The position numbers and the translations under genes were made by a program. The notes below the pieces were generated by a model. That model saw only the letters and a program-made list of their open reading frames with translations. It made no database searches and was not told the origin of the DNA. From an uncultured Dehalococcoidaceae bacterium (GTDB taxonomy: Bacteria; Chloroflexota; Dehalococcoidia; UBA2979), in the NCBI GenBank assembly GCA_964479165.1, contig CAYZJO010000002.1, positions 265,493-329,492 of the forward strand: DNA of 64,000 bases, given 5' to 3'. Positions 44,982-55,062 of the stretch are shown piece by piece. The first letter of the stretch is position 1; each line of letters opens with the position of its first letter.

Positions 44982-46694
44982 CTAGAGGAGTAGTTCCTGC
45001 CCCTTACGTCGGATCCGCAACCAGCGGTAGCCATAGCCGTCCAGCTCGATCGACGTCGGATCGACCGCCCCCGCGTTGTACACGCGGTTGCCCCACAACT
45101 CGATTACGTCACCCACCGAGCGGTCGACGACGTCCTCGATGCTGACGTTGCGCGGATCGCGGCTGAAGTTGTGCAGGGCGACTACGGCACGACCCTCCCA
45201 GTCGCACTGGTGGGCAAAGACATCGTTGTCGCCGACATCGAGGATCTCTGGCTTACCGAACCCAAACTCGGCGATCTCCTTGCGGCGGCGGATCATTCGT
45301 TCGAGCCAGTTCAGCATCGAAGACTCGTCGCGCCGTTGCGTCGCGACGTTGATGGAGTCTGCGCCGTGCGCGCCCGAGGTCGGCAGGCGACGGAACTCCT
45401 TCAGCGGAGCGGTGGAAAAGCCGGCCTTACGTCCAGACTGCCACTGCATCGGGGTTCGCACGGCAGCGCGGCCCGCGACGTTCAGGTTCTCCACCATCCC
45501 GATCTCTTCGCCGTAGAAGAGCACCGGGACGCCCGGCAGCGAGAACATGCAGCTGTACGCCATGCGGATGCGCGCATCGTCCGCCTCGAGCATGCCGGGC
45601 AGGCGCCGGCGAATGCCGCGTCCGTACAGCCGCATCCCGGGGCGCGGCGCGAAAGCCTCGAAGACCTCGTCCCGCTCGGCGGGGGTGAGCTGATCGAGCG
45701 TCTGCTCATCGTGATTCTTGATGAAGTTCGCCCACTGACAGTAGTCAGGAATCGGCGGTAGGTTCGCGACCGCCTTCCGCAGCGGATCGGGGTCCTCCCT
45801 CGCGAGCGCAAGGTACAGGTATTGGTTGACGTGAAAGTTGAAGACGAGCTGCAGTTCGTCGCCCTCTCCGAAGTAGCGCACCTGCTCCAGCGGCGGGAGG
45901 TTCACCTCACCCACCAGCACCACATCACCTCGCCGCCGATGGGCGAAAGCAGAGAGGTCGCGCAGGAAGTCGTGCGGCGCGAGTTCGCCGCCGCTGCCGG
46001 TCTGCCCGAGCTGGATCAGGAACGGCACCGCATCGACGCGGAACCCAGCGACACCCTGCTGGATCCAGTACGCCATGATCTGGTGCATCTCGCGTCGCAC
46101 CGCAGGCTCATCGGGGTTGAGGTCGGGCTGGTGGTCGTGGAAGTGATGAAAGTAGTACTGGCCCGCCTCGTCGTCGTAGGTCCAATTCGTCGTTTGCTCG
46201 CCGGGGAAGACGATCACCGGCTCGTAGTCCTCGGGCGGCTCGTCCCGCCAGACGTAGAAGTTGCGGTACGGCGAGTCCGGACTGGAGCGCGCGGCCTGGA
46301 ACCACGGATGCTCCGTCGAACTGTGGTTCACCACGAGGTCCACGATCACCTTGATGCCGTGCGCTCTCGCGAGCCGCATGAACTCGGTGAATCCTGCGAT
46401 GTCACCCAGCCGAGGATCCACCCCGTAGTAGTCGAGGATGTCGTAACCATCGTCTCGGTTCGGCGTGGGATAGAACGGCATCAACCAGATGCAGTCCACG
46501 CCGAGCCCGGCGATGTAGTCCACCCGCTCACAGAGCCCGTCGAAATCGCCGACTCCGTCCCCGTTCGCGTCGAGGAACGTCTCAACGTCGAGGCAGTAGA
46601 TCACCGTGTGCTTCCACCACAGATCGCCGGCGGGGTGCTCGGCTCGGATCTGACTCGTCCCGGCGCGTTGCAGCGGCTGCCCGGACTCACTCAT
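44982..46694 (-). CDS. GH13 alpha-amylase-family enzyme, TreS-like (trehalose synthase / maltose glucosylmutase candidate)
   Basis: GDGVGDFDGLCERVDYIAGLGVDCIWLMPFYPTPNRDDGYDI, VNHSSTEHPWF, HQPDLN, GFRVDAVPFL. Confidence 0.7.
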   Translation of the reverse strand: MSESGQPLQRAGTSQIRAEHPAGDLWWKHTVIYCLDVETFLDANGDGVGDFDGLCERVDYIAGLGVDCIWLMPFYPTPNRDDGYDILDYYGVDPRLGDIAGFTEFMRLARAHGIKVIVDLVVNHSSTEHPWFQAARSSPDSPYRNFYVWRDEPPEDYEPVIVFPGEQTTNWTYDDEAGQYYFHHFHDHQPDLNPDEPAVRREMHQIMAYWIQQGVAGFRVDAVPFLIQLGQTGSGGELAPHDFLRDLSAFAHRRRGDVVLVGEVNLPPLEQVRYFGEGDELQLVFNFHVNQYLYLALAREDPDPLRKAVANLPPIPDYCQWANFIKNHDEQTLDQLTPAERDEVFEAFAPRPGMRLYGRGIRRRLPGMLEADDARIRMAYSCMFSLPGVPVLFYGEEIGMVENLNVAGRAAVRTPMQWQSGRKAGFSTAPLKEFRRLPTSGAHGADSINVATQRRDESSMLNWLERMIRRRKEIAEFGFGKPEILDVGDNDVFAHQCDWEGRAVVALHNFSRDPRNVSIEDVVDRSVGDVIELWGNRVYNAGAVDPTSIELDGYGYRWLRIRRKGQELLL

Positions 46695-46700
46695 TCCTCG

Positions 46701-47690
46701 TCACTCCGATCGCACTCCACCACCACCGAACTCGCCATGAACCTGGGGCAGCACTTCTCGCTCGTACATCTCGATGAAGCCGCGCTGGTCGCGCGCGACG
46801 TTGTGGACGTACACCATCTCGAAACCGAGCTCGGCGTCGCGCCGCAACCACTCACGGTGTTGGGCCGGGTCCGCCGAGATGCGCACTGCACTGGCGACGT
46901 CCTCGGGCCGCGCGTTCCTCAGCGCGAGGTCGATGTCTGACGGCCTGCGCAGATCTGCGAGCAGCGGCGCCGGCAGCGCGGAGTTCCGCCAGCGCTCGAA
47001 CGCCTCAGCGAGCGCCTCCTCGTCCGTCGAGGCGTACGACACCTGTACCTGGAGGAACACGGGCTTCCCGGCGCCCCCGCCTCGGCGAAACGCCTCGAGC
47101 ACCTGCGCCATCTCCTCGTGGGGCGCGGCGACGGTCATCAGGCCGTCCGCCCAGCTCCCGGCCCACTCCGCGGTCTTCGCGGAGATCGCCGCGGCGTAGA
47201 GGGGCGGGGGTGGTTCGGCGCGAACGTACAGTCGGGCCTCCTCGACGGTGACCAGCCCTCGATGGGTAACCTCCTCGCCCTCGAGGAGCTCCCGGATCAC
47301 TCGGACGCACTCGAGGAGTCGCTCCATCCGTTCGCGCTTCAACGGCCATGGGTCGCCCGTGACGTACTCGTTCAACTGTTCACCCGAGCCGAGCGCGACC
47401 CAGAAGCGTCCCGGAAACATCTGGCCGAGCGTCGCGATCGCCTGCGCGACGATGACCGGGTGGTAACGCTGCCCGGGCGCGCAGACTGTCCCGAAGCTGA
47501 GCCCCGTGGAGGCCAGTGCCGAACCGAGCCACGACCAGGCGTACCCGCTCTGACCCTGTTGCTCGCTGAATGGTGCGAGGTGGTCCGAACACATCGCTGC
47601 GGCGAACCCGGCACGCTCCGCGAGCCGCACGTATTCGAGTAGCTCGCTCGGGGGGAACTGCTCGTGCGAAGCGTGGTAACCGACCTTCAC
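46701..47690 (-). CDS. LLM-class F420-dependent oxidoreductase (second copy)
   Basis: GTG start. MKVGYHASHEQF...AMCSDHLAPF...ALGSGEQLNEYV. Confidence 0.8.
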   Translation of the reverse strand: MKVGYHASHEQFPPSELLEYVRLAERAGFAAAMCSDHLAPFSEQQGQSGYAWSWLGSALASTGLSFGTVCAPGQRYHPVIVAQAIATLGQMFPGRFWVALGSGEQLNEYVTGDPWPLKRERMERLLECVRVIRELLEGEEVTHRGLVTVEEARLYVRAEPPPPLYAAAISAKTAEWAGSWADGLMTVAAPHEEMAQVLEAFRRGGGAGKPVFLQVQVSYASTDEEALAEAFERWRNSALPAPLLADLRRPSDIDLALRNARPEDVASAVRISADPAQHREWLRRDAELGFEMVYVHNVARDQRGFIEMYEREVLPQVHGEFGGGGVRSE

Positions 47691-47886
47691 CCTCGTACTC
47701 CTCGCGCGCGAGCCACGGAACGACGCGTGGCACGCGCCGTCGAGGCTAAAGCGGGGCGCCGATCAATCTGCGAACGGACACGTGCGAGGTATCACAAACC
47801 CGTAGCACCCGGCCTGAAGCGGAACTGCAAGTCACTCACCGCAGGCGTTACCCCTTGAAGGTGCGCCGCTCCTCTACCGTCGGGCC

Positions 47887-49485
47887 ATGACTGCCTCAGA
47901 CAGCGGGCGACCGTGGTGGAAGACGGCCGTGATCTACCAGGTGTACCCGCGCTCGTTTGCCGACTCGGACGGCGACGGCATCGGCGACCTCGCCGGCATC
48001 ATCGAGCACCTGGACTACCTCGTAGAGCTCGGTGTCGACGCCGTCTGGCTGTCGCCCATCTACCCGTCTCCGATGGCCGACTTCGGGTACGACGTCGCGA
48101 ACTACGTCGAGGTGGACCCGCTCTTCGGAACGCTCGCGGACTTCGACCGTCTCGTCGCGGAGGGACACAGACGCGGACTGCGCATCATCCTCGACTTCGT
48201 TCCCAACCACACTTCGGACCAGCACCCCTGGTTCAAGGAGGCACGGTCATCGCGCGACAACCCGTATCGCGACTGGTACCTGTGGCGCGATCCGGCGCCG
48301 GATGGGGGGCCTCCGAACAACTGGCTGAGCAACTTCGGCGGCAGCGCCTGGGAGTGGGATCCGGCAACGCGGCAGTACTACTACCACGCGTTCCTGCCCG
48401 AGCAGCCCGATCTCAACTGGCGCAACGTCGAGGTGCAGCGTGCCATGTCCGAGGTGCTGCGCTTCTGGCTCGACCGAGGCGTCGACGGCTTCCGCGTCGA
48501 CGTGATCTGGCACCTGGTGAAGGACTCCGAGTTCCGCGACAACCCGCCAAACGAGGACTACACGGCCGACCTGCCCCCCTACAACCGCTTCCGCCCGCTC
48601 TACTCGACGGATCGCCCCGAGGTGCACGAGGTGATCGCCGCGTTGCGGAGGGTGACCGACGAGTACGCGGACCGCGTGCTCCTCGGCGAGATCTACCTCC
48701 CTGTCGAGCGGCTGGTGACGTACTACGGTGCGCAGGGCGAGGGCGTCCACCTTCCGTTCAACTTCCAGCTGGTGCTGCTGCCCTGGGACGCCGAGGTCAT
48801 CGACGACGCCATCCGCGAGTACGAGGCGGCGCTGCCCTCCGTGGGGTGGCCCACCTGGGTCCTGAGCAACCATGACCGACCGCGCATCGCGTCGCGCGTC
48901 GGCGCTGAGCAAGCACGCATCGCCGCGATGCTACTCCTCACACTGCGGGGGACGCCGACGATCTACTACGGCGACGAGATCGGGATGGAGTCGGCCCCGA
49001 TCGCCGAAGAGGACGTCCGCGATCCTTTCGAACAGCGCGTCCCGGGCCTGCAGCTCGGGCGCGACCCATCGCGCACGCCGATGCAGTGGGACGCTTCGAA
49101 GTACGCGGGCTTCTCGACGGTGGAGCCCTGGCTGCCGCTGCCGCCGGACGCTGCGACGCGCAACGTCCAGCAGCAGCTCGCCGATCCGCGATCCATGCTC
49201 GCCCTGCACCGCCGCCTGCTCGCGATCCGGCGCGACCCAGCGCTCGCACTCGGGAGCTTCGAGCCGCTGCCGAGGAGGCGCGGAGTGGTGGCCTACGTCC
49301 GACGACACGGCCAAACGGCCTACGCCGCCATCCTCAATCTCGCTCCGACCCCCGACGTGTACGAACTACCCGACGGCCTTCGAGGCGAGATCGTCCTCAG
49401 CACGGCGCTGGATCGGGCCGAGGAGCCGGCTCGGGAAGAGATCAGGCTTCGGGCAGATGAAGGGGTACTAATCCGCCTCGATTGA
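47887..49485 (+). CDS. GH13 alpha-glucosidase (oligo-1,6-glucosidase / trehalose-6-phosphate hydrolase-like)
   Basis: WWKTAVIYQVYPRSFADSDGDGIGDLAGI...FVPNHTSDQHPWF...GFRVDVI. Confidence 0.85.
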   Translation: MTASDSGRPWWKTAVIYQVYPRSFADSDGDGIGDLAGIIEHLDYLVELGVDAVWLSPIYPSPMADFGYDVANYVEVDPLFGTLADFDRLVAEGHRRGLRIILDFVPNHTSDQHPWFKEARSSRDNPYRDWYLWRDPAPDGGPPNNWLSNFGGSAWEWDPATRQYYYHAFLPEQPDLNWRNVEVQRAMSEVLRFWLDRGVDGFRVDVIWHLVKDSEFRDNPPNEDYTADLPPYNRFRPLYSTDRPEVHEVIAALRRVTDEYADRVLLGEIYLPVERLVTYYGAQGEGVHLPFNFQLVLLPWDAEVIDDAIREYEAALPSVGWPTWVLSNHDRPRIASRVGAEQARIAAMLLLTLRGTPTIYYGDEIGMESAPIAEEDVRDPFEQRVPGLQLGRDPSRTPMQWDASKYAGFSTVEPWLPLPPDAATRNVQQQLADPRSMLALHRRLLAIRRDPALALGSFEPLPRRRGVVAYVRRHGQTAYAAILNLAPTPDVYELPDGLRGEIVLSTALDRAEEPAREEIRLRADEGVLIRLD

Positions 49486-49834
49486 TCGAGGCTACTCCGC
49501 GCCCGTGAGGATGCTGCCGATCGGCTTCGGGGCGACGATGTCGGCGCCCATGGCGGTATCCGTAGTGCCGAGCGATGCGCTCTCCTGCGGCGGGTACAGT
49601 CCCGCGATGCCCCAGGCGAGCAGCAGGAGGAGGACGAAGACCAACAGGGCGTTGGGAAGCGTTGGGGATGCCTCAGTGCGCCCGCGATCGGAATCGCGCC
49701 TCATATGGCCTCGATCCTGTTCCGCGATTCACCCCGTGTGGTGGCGAGAAATGGAGCGCAGGAGCCGGAATCCGGCTCCTGCGCTCTCAGACGTCGACCG
49801 AGCGGAGCTCGTGCGACTGTACTGAGCGAAGTGA

Positions 49835-50137
49835 CTATGCCCGCGGGCGACGCGAGATGGCCCACGCCCCGCCGAGGAGGCTGGCCGCGCCGAGGCCCGC
49901 GGCGATGCCGAGAGCCGTCGCGTTGCCCTGCGACGGGTCCGCGTACCCGCCGGTGCCAGTGTTGGGGGCACCAGGCGCAGCGGTCCCGGTCGTCGTGGGC
50001 GTGGGTGAGGCGGTCGCGGTGCCGGTGGCCTCTGGCGTGGTCGTCGGGGTCTGTGCGTAAGCCGGCGCGGCCGCCACTCCCGCCACGATGAGCCCTGCCA
50101 CAGCCCCTGCACCCAACCGTCTCGCAAATGAACGCAT
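49835..50137 (-). CDS. small secreted Thr/Pro-rich protein with a C-terminal hydrophobic anchor and basic tail
   Basis: Signal peptide ending AYAQTP. ...GAPNTGTGG... then LGIAAGLGAASLLGGAWAISRRPRA. Confidence 0.35.
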   Translation of the reverse strand: MRSFARRLGAGAVAGLIVAGVAAAPAYAQTPTTTPEATGTATASPTPTTTGTAAPGAPNTGTGGYADPSQGNATALGIAAGLGAASLLGGAWAISRRPRA

Positions 50138-50333
50138 GCTCAGCCTCCGGTTCTCCGACCTGTAGGCGCCGAAGGTACGCGTCGGGCAATTGCAGCCGAG
50201 TTACGACCGCCATCGGCGGGTCACGAAACCATCATGAACCACCGCACTGGGACCTCCGCTCAGCCCGCGCGCTGCTGCCTCATGCGACGATGAGTCCCGT
50301 AACCCGAGACAACTGACCAGCGCGGAAGCAAGC

Positions 50334-52277
50334 GTGACGGATACAGAAGCAGGCACCGACACCCTCTCCTCAACACCGCTGAGCAGCGCCGAGTGGACGC
50401 CACACCTCGGCGCCTGGCCAGACGGAACGGGAGTGCGCTTCCGCGTTTGGGCTCCCGATGCCGGCTCCGCGGCGGTTCGACTCGAGGCGTCCTCGGCGTC
50501 CGAGCACCCCCTCGATGCGTCCGGGGAGGGCTACCTCGAGGGCTGGATCGACGGCGTCGCGGCGGGAACGCGCTATCGCTACGTGCTTCGGCGCGGAGAC
50601 GGAGCGGCCGAGTCCTATCCCGACCCAGCGTCGCGATACCAGCCCGAGGGCGTCCACGGGCCATCCGAGGTCATCGACCCCGCCGGGTTCGACTGGACCG
50701 ACGAGGGCTGGCGCGGCATCGATCTGATGACCGGACACGCCTCGACCTACGAGTTGCACATCGGCACGCTGACACCCGAAGGCACCTTCGCCTCAGCGAC
50801 GCTGGCCCTCGAGGAGATCGCGAGCCTCGGCGTGTCGGCCGTTCAGTTGATGCCGCTCGCCGACTTCGCCGGGGAGCGCGGCTGGGGCTACGACGGCGTG
50901 CAGCCGTTCGCCCCCGCGCGCTGCTATGGCCGGCCCGACGACCTCCGCGCGTTCGTCGACCGCGCGCACGCCCTCGGCATCGGCGTCATCCTCGATGTCG
51001 TCTACAACCACTTCGGACCGGACGGCTCGTACCAGCGAGCGTTCGCCGGCGCGTACTTCACCGAGAGACACCAGTCACCATGGGGCGCCGGCATCAACCT
51101 TGACGGGCCGGGGTCACAGCAGGTCCGGGACTACTTCATCGAGAGTGCGCTGCACTGGATGCACGAGTACCACATCGACGGCTTTCGCCTCGATGCGACG
51201 GATACGCTGGTCGACGACAGCCCCGAGCACTTCCTCGCCGAATACCGGCGTCGCCTCCACGCCGCCGCGCCGCCAGAGAAGCACATCGCGATCATCGCCG
51301 AGGACGCACGCAACTTCGTGACGATCGTGCAGCGACCCGAAGAGGGAGGCTACGCGTTCGACGGCGTGCTCGCGGATGACTTTCACCATGAGATCCGCAC
51401 GATCCTCGCCGGAGATCGCCAGGGTTACTACCAGGACTTCCACGCCTCGACCAGGGAGTTGACGGCCATCCTGAAGCAGGGCTGGCTGTACACCGGCCAG
51501 CACTCGGATCACCTCGGCAGACCGCGCGGCAGCGATCCTGCCGGTGTCCCTCTTCCTCGCTTCGTGGTGTGTATCCAGAACCATGATCAGGTGGGGAACC
51601 GCGCGTTCGGGGACCGCCTCACGGACTCCGCAGCGCTGCCCGCCTACCGTGCGGCGAGCGTATTGCTCCTCACCGCTGCACACACGCCGATGCTCTTCAT
51701 GGGCCAGGAGTGGGCAGCCAGCACTCCCTTCCAGTTCTTCACCGATCACCACGAGGAACTCGGGCGCCTCGTCACGGAGGGGCGGCGCAACGAGTTCAAG
51801 GCGTGGGACACGTTCAGCAGCGACGACGTTCCCGACCCGCAGTCGGAGGCCACGTTCCTCCGCAGCAAGCTGGACTGGCCCGAGCGCGAGGTCGAGCCGC
51901 ACGCCTCGACCCTGCAGCTCTACCGCGCGCTCCTCTCACTCCGCCGCACCGAGATGGCCTTCGACTGGTCGGAGCGAGCGGGCCAGCACGCCCACGCACT
52001 CGGGGACGAGGCGGTGGCGCTCTGCCGCGATGGCGGCGGCGCGGCGACACTGGTGATCGCACGTCTCCGCGGCGAAGGCGACCTGTTGATCGAGCACAAC
52101 GCAGACCTGGTGGCGCCGCGCGGCACGCGCTGGGAGCTGGCGCTCACCACCGAAGACGAAGGCCTGGCGACCGATCCAATGCCCATCGAGGTGGACCTCG
52201 GCGAGCCGGAGTCGCCTCCGTCCGTACGCTTCCGACGTGCCGGCGCGATCGTTCTCCGCGCCATCCCGATCTCGTGA
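50334..52277 (+). CDS. treZ: malto-oligosyltrehalose trehalohydrolase
   Basis: GTG start. GVRFRVWAP...YELHIGTLTPEGTF...VILDVVYNHFGPDG. Confidence 0.85.
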   Translation: MTDTEAGTDTLSSTPLSSAEWTPHLGAWPDGTGVRFRVWAPDAGSAAVRLEASSASEHPLDASGEGYLEGWIDGVAAGTRYRYVLRRGDGAAESYPDPASRYQPEGVHGPSEVIDPAGFDWTDEGWRGIDLMTGHASTYELHIGTLTPEGTFASATLALEEIASLGVSAVQLMPLADFAGERGWGYDGVQPFAPARCYGRPDDLRAFVDRAHALGIGVILDVVYNHFGPDGSYQRAFAGAYFTERHQSPWGAGINLDGPGSQQVRDYFIESALHWMHEYHIDGFRLDATDTLVDDSPEHFLAEYRRRLHAAAPPEKHIAIIAEDARNFVTIVQRPEEGGYAFDGVLADDFHHEIRTILAGDRQGYYQDFHASTRELTAILKQGWLYTGQHSDHLGRPRGSDPAGVPLPRFVVCIQNHDQVGNRAFGDRLTDSAALPAYRAASVLLLTAAHTPMLFMGQEWAASTPFQFFTDHHEELGRLVTEGRRNEFKAWDTFSSDDVPDPQSEATFLRSKLDWPEREVEPHASTLQLYRALLSLRRTEMAFDWSERAGQHAHALGDEAVALCRDGGGAATLVIARLRGEGDLLIEHNADLVAPRGTRWELALTTEDEGLATDPMPIEVDLGEPESPPSVRFRRAGAIVLRAIPIS

Positions 52278-54928
52278 CGGCGTCGGAGGAGCGGTCGCAC
52301 CGCATCCCGCGGGCGACCTATCGCCTGCAACTGCACGCGGGCTTCACCTTCGCCGACGTCCGTCGCCTGTTGCCCTACCTCAATGCCCTGGGCTTCAGCG
52401 ACGTGTATCTCTCGCCGATTCTTGCCGCTACGCCGGGCAGCACACACGGCTACGACGTCGTCGACCCAACGACCATCTCGCCGGTCCTCGGCGGCTCGCG
52501 GGAGTTCCGTAGGCTCGCCGCAGATGTCCGGGCACGCGGGATGGGCATTCTCCTCGACATCGTGCCGAATCACCTCGGGATCGCCGGTGAGGCGAACCGC
52601 TGGTGGTTCGACGTGCTGAGGCACGGCGAGGCCTCGCGCTACGCACCGTTCTTCGACATCAACTGGGCCCCCGCGGATCCCGCGCTGCACGGGCGCGTGG
52701 TGCTCCCGGTGCTGGCGGCGGACATCGAGGACGTGCTCCGCCGCGGTGAGCTCACGCTCGAGCATGACGCGGACGGCCTGCACCTCCGCTACTTCGACCG
52801 GCGTTTCCCGGTCGATCCCGCCACCGCCAGCGGGTTGGACGCCCGTGAGATCGAGGCCATCAACGAAGCCCGAACCACGCCAGAGGGTGGTGAGCGCATC
52901 GTTGCCCTGCTCGACGCGCAGCACTACGCGCTCGCGTACTGGCGCACGGGTTCTCACGACGTCAACTACCGGCGCTTCTTCGCCATCGACACGCTCGCCG
53001 GAGTGCGCGTCGAGGACGAGCGCGTTTTCGACACCACGCATCGCACCGTCCTGCGGCTGGTCAAGGACGGAGACGTGACCGGGCTCCGGATCGACCACAT
53101 CGACGGCCTGGCGGACCCGGAGGAGTACCTCGAGCGACTGCACGAGCGCGCGGGGACATACGTCGTCGTCGAGAAGATCCTCGCATTCGACGAGGAACTA
53201 CCGCGTACCTGGAAGGCAGACGGCACGACGGGGTACGAGTTCATGAACGACGTCGCGGGCCTCCTCGTGGCCTCTGAGAACGTGCCGCGCTTCGACGAGA
53301 TCTACCGGACGTTCACCGGGCGGGAAGAGCCGTTCGCGGACATCGCGTATCGGAGCCAGCGCGCTGTCGTCGATGGCCCGCTCGCTCGGCAGGTCGACTC
53401 GGCCGCCACCGAGCTCCACGCTACCGCTGCCCGTACCGAGGCCGGCACAGTGCCGCTCGACGAGTGGATCGAGGCGACGCGCGCTTTGCTGGCGTGCCTG
53501 CCCGTCTACCGTCTCTACACGACAGGGCGCGGGCACGATCCGGAGGCGCGTCGCCTGCTCTCGGTGGCGGTGCGCGACGCTCGCGAGCGTCTCCCCGACC
53601 TGCCCGACCAGGCGCTCGAGGCAGTCGCACAGGCCATCGCCGCGCCGTCCTCGGGGGACGCGACGCGCGCCGTCATGCGGCTCCAGCAGTTGATGCCAGC
53701 GATCCAGGCGAAGGGTGTCGAGGACGCGGCGATCTACCGGCACGTCCCCCTGCTGACGCTCGACGAGGTGGGGAGCGATCCCGAACGGCCGGGGCTTTCG
53801 ATCGCCGAGTTCCACGAGCGCGCCGGCCGTCGCAACGAGGGCTGGCCTGGCAATCTCCTCTCCACGGCGACGCACGACCATAAACGCGGCGAGGACGTGC
53901 GAACGCGCCTCGCCGCGCTCTCGTCGATGCCGGAGGAGTGGGCCCAGACGATCGAGGACTGGTCGGCCGTAACGAACGACCACCTTCCCTCGCCGCCCGG
54001 TCCGGACAGCCCGTCTCGCCACGACGAATACGCGGTGTTCCAGACCATCCTCGGAGTCTGGCCGACCGAGGGCGCCGTGGCCGCCGACCGAGACCATCTT
54101 GTGGAGCGGCTCACCGAGTACGTGGTGAAGGCCATGCGGGAGGCCGGCGAGCGGACGAACTGGCTCGATCCCGACGAGGCTTATGAGGCGGCGCTCGCGG
54201 AGCTTGTACAGGCGGCGGCTCACCCCGCCGTCGCCGGGCCGATCCTCGAGGCAGCCGGCAGCCTTGGGCGGCGAGCCGCATGGCTGGGAGCGCTAAACAG
54301 CCTCGTGCAGGTGCTGCTCAAGCTCACCGCCCCCGGAGTGCCCGACACATACCAGGGCACGGAGCTGTGGGATCTCTCGCTCGTCGACCCGGACAACCGG
54401 CGAGCCGTCGACTACGCCGAGCGCGCCGCGATCCTCGAGCGGCTCGCGCCCTCCCTCGAGGAGTCCCCCGAAGGTGCGAAGCGGCGGGCGGCACTCGTTC
54501 CCGAACTGTTGCGCGAGTGGCGGGACGGCTCGGTGAAGCAGTTCGTCGTTGCCCGCCTGCTCGGGATACGCCGTCGGAACGCCGACCTTTTCGCGACTGG
54601 TCACTACCGGCCGCTCCGCATCGTCGGCGACCACGCGACCGACGCGATCGCCTTCGAGCGGCGAAGCCGCGACGCCTCCCTGATCGCCGTCGCAGCAGTG
54701 CGCTCGGCGAGCGTGCTCTCTCCGGAGGCGCTCGCGCTCGAGGCGTGGGAGCCATCGTGGGGTGCGACCGCCGTGGAACTCCCGGGAGCGGTCAGCGAAC
54801 AGGGGTATGTCGACGTCCTGAGCGGGCGGCCTGTCCCCGCGGCGTCCGGCGTGATCAACCTCGCCGACGTTCTCGGCGCGCTGCCCGTCGCGCTCATCGA
54901 ACCCGCCAAATCCCCAGCCCTGAGGTAA
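52274..54928 (+). CDS. treY: malto-oligosyltrehalose synthase
   Basis: GTG 52274 overlaps the treZ stop (GTGA). ...IPRATYRLQLHAGFTFADVRRLLPYLNALGFSDVYLSPI...DIVPNHLG. The track ORF from 51710 is an upstream artefact. Confidence 0.85.
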   Translation: MTASEERSHRIPRATYRLQLHAGFTFADVRRLLPYLNALGFSDVYLSPILAATPGSTHGYDVVDPTTISPVLGGSREFRRLAADVRARGMGILLDIVPNHLGIAGEANRWWFDVLRHGEASRYAPFFDINWAPADPALHGRVVLPVLAADIEDVLRRGELTLEHDADGLHLRYFDRRFPVDPATASGLDAREIEAINEARTTPEGGERIVALLDAQHYALAYWRTGSHDVNYRRFFAIDTLAGVRVEDERVFDTTHRTVLRLVKDGDVTGLRIDHIDGLADPEEYLERLHERAGTYVVVEKILAFDEELPRTWKADGTTGYEFMNDVAGLLVASENVPRFDEIYRTFTGREEPFADIAYRSQRAVVDGPLARQVDSAATELHATAARTEAGTVPLDEWIEATRALLACLPVYRLYTTGRGHDPEARRLLSVAVRDARERLPDLPDQALEAVAQAIAAPSSGDATRAVMRLQQLMPAIQAKGVEDAAIYRHVPLLTLDEVGSDPERPGLSIAEFHERAGRRNEGWPGNLLSTATHDHKRGEDVRTRLAALSSMPEEWAQTIEDWSAVTNDHLPSPPGPDSPSRHDEYAVFQTILGVWPTEGAVAADRDHLVERLTEYVVKAMREAGERTNWLDPDEAYEAALAELVQAAAHPAVAGPILEAAGSLGRRAAWLGALNSLVQVLLKLTAPGVPDTYQGTELWDLSLVDPDNRRAVDYAERAAILERLAPSLEESPEGAKRRAALVPELLREWRDGSVKQFVVARLLGIRRRNADLFATGHYRPLRIVGDHATDAIAFERRSRDASLIAVAAVRSASVLSPEALALEAWEPSWGATAVELPGAVSEQGYVDVLSGRPVPAASGVINLADVLGALPVALIEPAKSPALR

Positions 54929-55062
54929 TTCCCCGCTTGAGGAGGATCAACGACGGATCCTGCTCTACCCTAGTCTCGCGAGCGCAGGAGTGGCTGCCGG
55001 ACATCGGTTAGGCGCCCCCCGAGTACGGTGCCCGCGAAACGGCCCCGTGTGCAGGAGAGTGA

